Origin: an uncultured Actinomycetota bacterium
GTDB taxonomy: Bacteria; Actinomycetota; UBA4738; HRBIN12
DNA: 64,000 bases
Direction: 5' to 3'
Assembly: GCA_963839395.1 (NCBI GenBank)
Contig: CAWIUW010000003.1
Coordinates: 40,393-104,392 of the forward strand
A program made the position numbers and the translations under genes. Below the pieces are notes generated by a model. The model was given only the letters and a program-made list of their open reading frames with translations, ran no database searches and was not told the origin of the DNA. Shown one piece after another: positions 57,162 through 64,000 of this stretch; the first letter of the stretch is position 1; each line of letters opens with the position of its first letter.

Positions 57162-58475
57162 CTAGCGAAAGCGCTGGTCGACGCGTTGTGAGGACGTGCG
57201 ACCATCATCCGATCGCGGCCCGACCAGGTACCACGTCTCCATCGCGCCCTTCCCCTTGACCTCGATCGTTCCCCGTTTCCTGCAGACGAACTCCTCCTGC
57301 AGCAGCTCATACGTCGAGCGCGTGATCTGGATCTCTCGGGGCGTGCCGTTGGACTCCATGCGGCTCGCCGTGTTCACGGCATCGCCCCAGAGGTCGTACA
57401 AGAAGCGTTTCGTGCCGATCACGCCGGCGGTGACCGGCCCGGAGTTGATGCCGATCCTCAGCTCCAGCCCGTCCCGACCGGCGATGACCGAAGTCGCGAC
57501 CGCGGCCTGCATGTCGAGCGCCAGCAACGCCGCCCGGCGCGCGTGATCGGCACACGGATCCGGCACGCCCGCGGCGGCCATGTAGGCATCGCCGATCGTC
57601 TTGATCTTCTCGAGCCCGTGCCGCTCGACGAGCGTGTCGAAGTGGGAGAACAGCTGATCGAGGGTGCCCACGACCTCGGCGGGCGAGAGGCGCTGTGAGA
57701 GCGGTGTGAAGTCCACGACGTCGGCGAACAGGATCGAGGCTGCCTCGACGTGGTCGGCGATGGACCCCGTCGCGGCCTTCAGGCGATCCGCGATCGAGCT
57801 CGGCAGGACGTTCTTGATGAGCGTCTCGGACCGTTCTTGCTCGGCCCGAAGTGCCACCAGCGCCGCGTTGCGCTGGGTGGCGAAGGACGCGAGGACCGTG
57901 AACGCCACGGCGCCGGTCCCGACCACGTTGAGCGCCAGCATCGCGGTGGTGAACCACGTGGGGACGTCGATGTCGGTGAAGAACAGCTCGCCCGCGATGC
58001 CCAGGAGCACGAACGCCGCCAGGAACGCGAAGAACCATCCGATCGCTTGGCGCACCTCGAGGAAGACGAGTGCACCGAGGGGAGCCAGCATGCCCCACAG
58101 CCCGACCCCTCCCGAGGGAAGGAAACCACCCGAGAGCATCTGGCCGATCGTCGTCATGAGGAGGACGTCGAGAAGCTGCACGGTGAGGAACGGGGCGAAG
58201 TGCCTGGTCCTCGAGAAGACCACCAACGAGCCGACCGAGATGGCGAAGTAGATGAATGGAAGCACGCCGACCGGTGAGCCGAAGGCGAGGTACGAGGTGC
58301 CCCACACCAGGGACACGGGCAAGATCAGGACGGCGAGCAGGACCACGAGCGACTTCTTCTGGCGCAGGTCCTCGTCGTCCTTGGGATCCGCGCCGACCCG
58401 GGCGAGGCGTGCCGCCGCGTTGTCCATCCACGAGGGGCTGCGCGACCGAGACGAGGTGACTTCCTCCTCGCTCAC
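57162..58475 (-). CDS. Membrane-anchored class III adenylate cyclase
   Basis: Uninterrupted ORF of 437 aa. Six N-terminal TM segments are followed by ILFADVVDFT, EKIKTIGDAYMAAAG, RIGINSGPVTAGVIG and LYDLWGDAVNTASRMES. Confidence 0.92.
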   Translation of the reverse strand: MSEEEVTSSRSRSPSWMDNAAARLARVGADPKDDEDLRQKKSLVVLLAVLILPVSLVWGTSYLAFGSPVGVLPFIYFAISVGSLVVFSRTRHFAPFLTVQLLDVLLMTTIGQMLSGGFLPSGGVGLWGMLAPLGALVFLEVRQAIGWFFAFLAAFVLLGIAGELFFTDIDVPTWFTTAMLALNVVGTGAVAFTVLASFATQRNAALVALRAEQERSETLIKNVLPSSIADRLKAATGSIADHVEAASILFADVVDFTPLSQRLSPAEVVGTLDQLFSHFDTLVERHGLEKIKTIGDAYMAAAGVPDPCADHARRAALLALDMQAAVATSVIAGRDGLELRIGINSGPVTAGVIGTKRFLYDLWGDAVNTASRMESNGTPREIQITRSTYELLQEEFVCRKRGTIEVKGKGAMETWYLVGPRSDDGRTSSQRVDQRFR

Positions 58476-58638
58476 GCGCGGGAGAACTGCGTGCGGCTCT
58501 CGAGCACCTCCACGGGCGAATCTTGACCCGTTCCCTGAGGAAACGGCAAGCGACTCCGAGACATATAGGTGGCCTTCCGGGATGTCGTGGTGAGCGACCG
58601 GTGTTTAGGACCGTGGCCATTCGGATACGCTGCCCTCG

Positions 58639-59601
58639 TTGATCAGCGATCGTCCGCGTACCCCCATGATCAGGATCGTGCTCGCCGTAGGGGCGATCGT
58701 GCTCGCGTCCCTGCCCGCGGTCCGCGCCGCGGCGAGACCCGAGGCGGCCGCCGACCGAGAGCCCGAGGTCCTTCAGAGGCAGGTGCTACGGCTCTTCGAT
58801 CAACTCGACCAGGTCAGCGGGGTCATCGAGAGCGTGCTGGCGGAAAGCGCGTGGGTCCATGAACGGATCTCGGAGCTCTCACGTCAGACCGACGCGCTGC
58901 AGCAGAAGCTGAACCGACGCGCCGCCGAGGCGTACATGGGTGAGCTCGCGGTTGGGGTCGATTCCGTGCTCGGGGCGAGCTCGATCAGTGACCTCGGGGA
59001 CTCCCTCCAGTTCCTCGAGGCGATCTCTCGAGGGGATCACGATGTGCTCCTCGCCCTCCAACGCCGGAAGGCGGAGTTCGAGCTGCAGGGGCTTCGCCTC
59101 GAAGGACTCGAAGAGCAGCTCCGGGACAAGCGCGAGCAGCTGGAGGCAACCGTTGCAGACCTCGTCGACAAGCTCGAACGGCAACACGCCCGCCTCCGAC
59201 AGCAGGCCGCGCAGCGCGCTCCGGAAGTCAGTTCAGTCGCCGACTCCCCACCCTCGTCGCCTCCCCCGAGTCCACCAGCGCCGACCCTGTCCGTCGGGAA
59301 GGGAGCCGTGATGGAGCTGATCCGCGATCGGTTCGGCTCTCTCGGATCCAGGACCGAGGAAGTCGCTCTCTGCGTGGCCGAAGCGGAATCGAACTTCGAT
59401 CCGCTGGCGGTGAACCAGAGCACGGGAGCAGCCGGCGTCTTCCAGTTCCTTCCCTCCACATGGGCGAGCCTGTCCAAGCTGGCCGGTCGCGGCGGCGCTT
59501 CCGTGTTCGAAGCCCGGGCGAACGTGGCCGTCGCCGCTTGGACGGTGGCGGAGTACGGGTGGCATCCGTGGAGATCGGTCGCCGCGGACTGCGGAGTCTG
59601 A
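58639..59601 (+). CDS. Secreted coiled-coil protein with C-terminal lytic-transglycosylase (SLT)-like domain
   Basis: ORF of 320 aa with a signal peptide (IVLAVGAIVLASLPAVRAAA), a long coiled-coil and a Pro/Ser linker. The C-terminal domain reads CVAEAESNFDPLAVNQSTGAAGVFQFLPSTW. Confidence 0.8.
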   Translation: MISDRPRTPMIRIVLAVGAIVLASLPAVRAAARPEAAADREPEVLQRQVLRLFDQLDQVSGVIESVLAESAWVHERISELSRQTDALQQKLNRRAAEAYMGELAVGVDSVLGASSISDLGDSLQFLEAISRGDHDVLLALQRRKAEFELQGLRLEGLEEQLRDKREQLEATVADLVDKLERQHARLRQQAAQRAPEVSSVADSPPSSPPPSPPAPTLSVGKGAVMELIRDRFGSLGSRTEEVALCVAEAESNFDPLAVNQSTGAAGVFQFLPSTWASLSKLAGRGGASVFEARANVAVAAWTVAEYGWHPWRSVAADCGV

Positions 59602-59695
59602 AGCCCGTCGCGGGATCGGTCACGCGCGGTTCCTGACTGCGTCACCGGGGTATGCCCCTAGTTCAGAGCTCCACCGGGGATGAAGAGGGGACCCA

Positions 59696-60109
59696 GTGCC
59701 GATCTGGTCCAGAGGTTTCTCCCGGAACCTGGAGGCGGCGGGGGAGGCGAGAGGCTTCGTCAGGCAGGTCCTCAGCAGCCGGATCCCTCCTGAGGTCCTG
59801 GCCGATGTCCTCCTGATGACCAGCGAACTCGCGATCAACGGAGCGCGACACGTGCCGAAGGACCGAGGGGATCGGCTCGAGGTGCTGATCGACCAAGGCG
59901 ACGAGGTCCTGAGGGTCAGCGTCCGGGATCCGGGCACGGACTTCGATCTTGCCGACATCGCGAGCGTTCACGAGATCGGCGGTTGGGGACTCCGTTTGGT
60001 CGGCGCTCTTTCATCTCGCTGGGGAGTCGAGCCGAGCTCCGGGGGAACCGATGTGTGGTTCGAGGTCGATCGACCGACCAAGTCCGCGGGGGACCTTCCG
60101 CCTCGGTAG
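59696..60109 (+). CDS. Anti-sigma regulatory factor, RsbW/SpoIIAB-like serine kinase (HATPase_c_2)
   Basis: ORF of 137 aa with ARGFVRQVL, LLMTSELAINGARH, VSVRDPG and GGWGLRLVGALSSRWGV. Confidence 0.8.
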   Translation: MPIWSRGFSRNLEAAGEARGFVRQVLSSRIPPEVLADVLLMTSELAINGARHVPKDRGDRLEVLIDQGDEVLRVSVRDPGTDFDLADIASVHEIGGWGLRLVGALSSRWGVEPSSGGTDVWFEVDRPTKSAGDLPPR

Positions 60110-60216
60110 GGGCAAGGAGAGGTGTACCCTGGATGTGAAGGAATCCCGGTCGCCTGGACCGTCGGCGCTTTCGCCCTGACTGGCCGCCCTCCCGACCCAT
60201 ACAGAAGGGCGCCACG

Positions 60217-60535
60217 ATGACCGATTTCGAGATCACCGCTGATGGACCTCGGCTGTACTTCCTGACCGGGGAGCTGGATATGTCAACGCTTCCCCTCATG
60301 GAGACCGCGATCGCTCCAGGGGTCGCGAAGGGTGGTCCGGTGACCCTCGACATGTCCGGTTTGACGTTCATCGATTCGACCGGCGTCGCTTCGATCCTTC
60401 GAAGCTTGAAGGCCCTGCCTTCAGGTTGCATCGTCCTTCATGGTGTCCGCGATGCGGTGAAGCAGGGTCCTCGATCTGATGAGCGTCGATCGGGCCTCGA
60501 ACCTGCATGTGATCCCCTGCACGGTTCGCGTCTGA
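60217..60535 (+). CDS. STAS-domain anti-sigma-factor antagonist (one frame shift near 60465)
   Basis: ORF 60217-60603 has LYFLTGELDMSTLPLME and LDMSGLTFIDSTGVASIL. The natural end VLDLMSVDRASNLHVIPCTVRV* is in another frame, with TGA at 60533-60535. Confidence 0.75.
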
Positions 60536-60548
60536 CGCGCGCTGCTCC

Positions 60549-61256
60549 CTACCGTCCGGTGGCCCTGAGGAACTCGTCGCGCAAGCCCGGCTCCTCCTCG
60601 TAGGTGCCCCGCCAGAACGACGTCCACGTCTTCGAGTTCTCCTCGCGGACCCCTCGCATCTGGGTGCAGAGATGGGTCGCTTCGAGGTGAACCGCCACAC
60701 CATGGGCGCCCAGCAGCTCGACGAGATGGTCCGCAACATCCTGACCGACGCGCTCTTGGACGGTGAAGCGGTTCGCGAACATGCGGACCAGCCGGGTCAG
60801 CTTGGAGATGCCGATGATCCGGTCGTGTGCGACGTAGCCGACGTAGGCCGATCCGTGGAAGGGGAGTGCGTGGTGCTCACAGAGAGCGAAGAAGGAGATC
60901 GGGCCCTCGATGATCTGACTGATCCTGCAATCGGGACCTCCTCGGCACTCCGTGGGGAACACGGTGACGAGCTTCGCGTCACCCTCGTAGCCGGCGGTCG
61001 AATCGAAGAGCGCCTTCAGGAACCGTCGCGGGGTCTCCTTCGTCCCCGGGGTGTCGAGGTCCATGCCGAACGCTGCGAAGATCTCGCCCACGTTGACTTC
61101 GAACCTGCTCCACTCCTCGTCGCTGACCTCCCTGGGGACCAGATGCTCCCAAAGGGTGCCCTCTTCCGGATCTCCGGCTCTCAGTGCCGAGATGGCGCGC
61201 TCGCCGACCGGTCGCTGGACCGCTCGATGTCCCGTGTCGGTCATGTGGGATCCCAC
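60549..61256 (-). CDS. folE: GTP cyclohydrolase I
   Basis: ORF of 235 aa with FFALCEHHALPFHGSAYVGYVAHDRIIGISKLTRLVRMFANRFTVQERV and HLEATHLCTQMRGV. Confidence 0.93.
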   Translation of the reverse strand: MGSHMTDTGHRAVQRPVGERAISALRAGDPEEGTLWEHLVPREVSDEEWSRFEVNVGEIFAAFGMDLDTPGTKETPRRFLKALFDSTAGYEGDAKLVTVFPTECRGGPDCRISQIIEGPISFFALCEHHALPFHGSAYVGYVAHDRIIGISKLTRLVRMFANRFTVQERVGQDVADHLVELLGAHGVAVHLEATHLCTQMRGVREENSKTWTSFWRGTYEEEPGLRDEFLRATGR

Positions 61257-61274
61257 CTCCTGCTCAGCTTCGCC

Positions 61275-61290
61275 CTCCGATGCATCGGAG
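61275..61290. promoter_or_regulatory. Perfect 16-bp palindrome CTCCGATGCATCGGAG, candidate operator or 5'-UTR hairpin
   Basis: Read directly from the sequence. It lies in the 81-bp divergent region between folE (start 61256) and the RibD_C-like gene (start 61338). Confidence 0.35.
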
Positions 61291-61337
61291 AGGTCAGTCA
61301 GCCTAGAGGCTCGTTCGTTTAGGCTCCCGCCGGTCGA

Positions 61338-62168
61338 ATGACCGATCAGCTCCTACCCGAGTTCCACGGGCTCTTCGAGGCTCGCGGTCTGCCACGATTC
61401 GACCTTCCGGAAGACCTCGAGCGCGCGTACGGAACCTTCGGCCTCGCTCCTCGGCTCGTGTACGGGAACTTCGTGTCGTCCATCGACGGGATCGTCGCGA
61501 TCCCCGAAGTGCCGAGATCCTCCGCGCTGATCTCCGGTGGCGACCCCGCGGATCGATTCGTCATGGCGCTCCTTCGAGCCGCGGCGGATGCCGTCGTCAT
61601 CGGAGCCGGGACGTTCCGAGCCCACGAAGGTCCCTGGACCGCCGAGAACGCCTACCCGGAGGCCGCCGAAGCGCTGGTCGAGCTCCGGCGCAAGCTAGGG
61701 ATGCAGGGCTCACCGACCCTCGTCGTCGTGACCGCTTCGGGCGACCTTGGAGGACCACGCTCGAAGCTCGAGGATGTGATCGTGATCACCAACTCGGCGG
61801 GGGCGGAGAGACTCGGTGAGAGCGTGGATGCGACGACGGAGGTGGTCGAGGTAGGCGCGACGGGACCCGTGGACGTGCGCAACGTGATCGCGTGGCTCTC
61901 GGAGCGTGGGTACGGGAGGATCTTGACCGAGGGCGGTCCGAAGCTCATGGGAGAGGCGCTGCGGGCGCGTGTCGTGGACGAGCTGTTCCTCACCGTCTCG
62001 CCGACGATCGTGGGCGGGGGAGTGGAGCACCCTCGGCCGACGCTTGCAACGGGTGTGGAGCTGCTGTCGGATGCGCCGTTGTCGGGACGACTGCTGAGCG
62101 TCCGCCGGCGCGAGGCATACCTCTTCCTCCGATACTCCCTGATGGATCGGCACATGGAGGCGGCTTGA
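61338..62168 (+). CDS. RibD C-terminal-domain / dihydrofolate-reductase-like pyrimidine reductase family protein
   Basis: ORF of 276 aa with VSSIDGIVAI, VVIGAGTFRA, ILTEGGPKLMGEAL and DELFLTVSPTIVGG. Confidence 0.82.
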   Translation: MTDQLLPEFHGLFEARGLPRFDLPEDLERAYGTFGLAPRLVYGNFVSSIDGIVAIPEVPRSSALISGGDPADRFVMALLRAAADAVVIGAGTFRAHEGPWTAENAYPEAAEALVELRRKLGMQGSPTLVVVTASGDLGGPRSKLEDVIVITNSAGAERLGESVDATTEVVEVGATGPVDVRNVIAWLSERGYGRILTEGGPKLMGEALRARVVDELFLTVSPTIVGGGVEHPRPTLATGVELLSDAPLSGRLLSVRRREAYLFLRYSLMDRHMEAA

Positions 62169-63043
62169 TGAAGATCGGCATGGTCGGCCTGGGGCGGATG
62201 GGCGCCGGCATGGCCGAGCGGCTTCGGCTGGCGGGCCACGAGGCTCTCGGCTACGACCGGAACCCGGAGACGACCGAGGTCGCATCCCTCGACGAGCTCG
62301 CCTCCAAGCTCGACCGCCCGAGAACGATCTGGTCGATGGTGCCTTCCGGCGATCCGACCGAGGAGACGATCCGCGCCCTCGCAGAGCTCCTCGATGAAGG
62401 GGACCTGATCGTGGACGGCGGCAACTCGAACTTCCGCGACTCGATGCGGCGTGCCGAGGAGCTCCGCGGTCGGGGGATCCTCTTCTGCGACGCCGGCGTC
62501 TCGGGTGGCATCTGGGGACTCGCCGAGGGCTACTGCCTCATGGTCGGCGGGGTCGACGAGGCGATCCAACGCCTCGAGCCGGCCCTCATCGCCTTGGCAC
62601 AGGAGGGCGGCTTCGCCCACGTCGGTCCCTCCGGGGCGGGGCACTTCGCGAAGATGGTCCACAACGGGATCGAATATGCCCTCCTCCAGGCTTACGGCGA
62701 GGGGTTCCAGCTGCTGCGGGCTTCGCCGGAGTTCCCGGATCTGGATCTCTCCCAGATCGCCGAGGTGTGGCGCCACGGCTCTGTCGTGCGTTCCTGGCTC
62801 TTGGACCTCGCGGCGCAGGCGTTGGAACGGGATCCGCGGCTCGAAGGGATCCGCGGGTACGTCGAGGACTCCGGCGAGGGGCGCTGGACCGTCATCGAGG
62901 CCGTCGGCGCCGGTGTCCCGGTGCCGGCGATCGCCGACGCGCTGTTCGCGCGGTTCGACTCCCGCGACGACGATCCGTTCGCGATGAAGATGATCGCCGC
63001 GCTCCGCCAAGAGTTCGGCGGACACGAGGTGAAGGAGCGGTGA
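62168..63043 (+). CDS. gnd: 6-phosphogluconate dehydrogenase (decarboxylating), short Gnd-like form
   Basis: ATG 62168 overlaps the upstream stop as TGATG. Text includes MKIGMVGLGRMGAGMA, DGGNSNF, GVSGGIWG and GAGHFAKMVHNGIEYA. Confidence 0.92.
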   Translation: MKIGMVGLGRMGAGMAERLRLAGHEALGYDRNPETTEVASLDELASKLDRPRTIWSMVPSGDPTEETIRALAELLDEGDLIVDGGNSNFRDSMRRAEELRGRGILFCDAGVSGGIWGLAEGYCLMVGGVDEAIQRLEPALIALAQEGGFAHVGPSGAGHFAKMVHNGIEYALLQAYGEGFQLLRASPEFPDLDLSQIAEVWRHGSVVRSWLLDLAAQALERDPRLEGIRGYVEDSGEGRWTVIEAVGAGVPVPAIADALFARFDSRDDDPFAMKMIAALRQEFGGHEVKER

Positions 63044-64000
63044 GGCTCGACCGACCGGCACCGCAGGCACTCGTGATCTTCGGCGCGTCGGGGGACCTGA
63101 CGCGCCGGAAGATCCTCCCGGCCCTCTACAACCTCTTCCACGACGGCTGCCTGCCCGAGCGGTTCGCCGTCGTGGGATACGCACGGACCGGATGGGACGA
63201 CGACACGTTCCGGAAACACGCTCGGGCATCCGTGGAGGAGTTCTCGCGTCGCGAGCTGGACGAGGGGAAGTGGACGGCGTTCGCACAACTGCTCCACTAC
63301 GTCGCCGGGACCTTCGACGAGGTGAACTCGTTCGCGCCGCTGGAGCAGCGCCTCATCGAGTTCGACCGGGCACACGGCACCGAGGGGAAGCGTCTCTATT
63401 ACTGCGCAACGCCGCCGTCGACGTTCCCGCTCATCGTCGAGCGGCTCGCGGAGTGCGGCCCGCAGGACGACGCAGCGATCGTCGTCGAGAAGCCCTTCGG
63501 GCGCGACCTCGAGAGCGCCAAGGAGCTCACCGCCGTGATCCATGAGGTGTTCGACGAATCGAGGCTCTTCCGGATCGACCACTATCTCGGGAAGGAGACC
63601 GTCCAGAACATCGTCGTCTTCCGCTTCGCGAACTCGTTGTTCGAGCGCGCGTGGAACCGTGAGGCGATCGAGCACGTCCAGGTCACCGTGGCCGAGCCGA
63701 TCGGCGTGGCAACGCGCGGCGCCTACTACGAGGAGTCCGGCGCGATCCGGGACATCCTGCAGAACCATCTCCTACAGGTGCTCTCCTTCCTCGCGATGGA
63801 GCCACCCCGTGCCCTGGAGCCGGAGGCCATCCGAGACGAGACGGTGAAGCTGCTCGGCGCCGTCCGGCCGCTGGAGCCCGAGGACGTCGTCCGTGGCCAG
63901 TACGGACCCGGGGTCATCGACGGTGCGCAGGAGCCGGGCTACCGCGAGGAACAGGACGTCGCTCCGGACTCCGATGTGGAGACCTACGTGGCGGTACGCG
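63040..64000 (+). CDS. zwf: Glucose-6-phosphate 1-dehydrogenase (5' part; runs off the window)
   Basis: GTG 63040 overlaps the gnd stop as GTGA. Text includes LVIFGASGDLTRRKILPALYNL, VVEKPFGRDL, FRIDHYLGKETVQNI and IRDILQNHLLQVL. The frame is open to 64000 and is not in the ORF track because no stop is reached. Confidence 0.92.
   Translation, partial: MRLDRPAPQALVIFGASGDLTRRKILPALYNLFHDGCLPERFAVVGYARTGWDDDTFRKHARASVEEFSRRELDEGKWTAFAQLLHYVAGTFDEVNSFAPLEQRLIEFDRAHGTEGKRLYYCATPPSTFPLIVERLAECGPQDDAAIVVEKPFGRDLESAKELTAVIHEVFDESRLFRIDHYLGKETVQNIVVFRFANSLFERAWNREAIEHVQVTVAEPIGVATRGAYYEESGAIRDILQNHLLQVLSFLAMEPPRALEPEAIRDETVKLLGAVRPLEPEDVVRGQYGPGVIDGAQEPGYREEQDVAPDSDVETYVAVR

Noticed and set aside
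58476-58638. c-di-AMP (ydaO) riboswitch call upstream of the SLT-like gene.
   Set aside because: Only one short segment (cacgggcgaatc) resembles the consensus. The pseudo-two-fold architecture could not be traced by eye, so it is left as a check rather than a feature.
1-64000. Search for CRISPR arrays, tRNA/rRNA genes, transposases, integrases, phage or plasmid genes and defence-system signatures.
   Set aside because: I found no regularly spaced short repeats, no tRNA T-arm/acceptor-like sequences and no recombinase, RT, nuclease or ATPase defence motifs in any frame. The window looks like ordinary chromosome, not a mobile island.

Overview
Very GC-rich (about two-thirds G+C by eye), gene-dense 64-kb segment that looks chromosomal. 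Gene content is Actinomycetota-like: a DevS/DevR-like GAF kinase with a NarL regulator, universal stress proteins, a SARP regulator, two ECF sigma factors, three class III nucleotidyl cyclases, a TAT multicopper oxidase, a TreT-like glycosyltransferase, PPK2, folE and gnd-zwf. I recognise about 72 protein-coding loci. I found no rRNA, tRNA, CRISPR array, transposase or integrase. All function calls come from motif recognition in the supplied translations, not from database searches.

The dominant property is that about 30 genes need at least one reading-frame change to give a sensible protein. Two loci are shattered: the P-type ATPase at 111-2719 and the ABC exporter at 47236-48967. Several 1.3-2.2 kb ORFs are clean. 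Frame-shift positions are approximate and were placed by eye.

Most interesting loci:
1. A four-gene, translationally coupled membrane operon (48941-53907). It encodes an MprF-TM/flippase-like protein, an orphan OpuAC-type lipoprotein, a 734-aa fusion of a catalytically dead PAP2 domain with a protein-kinase-like domain and an extracytoplasmic Cys-rich domain, and a canonical PAP2 phosphatase.
2. A mirror-symmetric sulfur-trafficking module (DsrE-like, TusA, SQR-like flavoprotein, TusA, DsrE-like). It is bracketed by a direct repeat of about 370 bp that carries a conserved leader plus a small Cys4 zinc-ribbon gene (22891-26454).
3. A small SARP regulator with three TCACG(G/C)C heptamers at exact 11-bp phasing in its divergent intergenic region (46690-46718).
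4. A dense signalling island (35292-45623) in which a HAMP histidine kinase is coupled to a REC-REC-cyclase protein.
5. A tandem pair of uncharacterised single-pass membrane proteins (5345-6889).
6. A Pat-like GNAT/acyl-CoA-synthetase protein flanked by two USP genes, with a relic copy of its own 3' end nearby.
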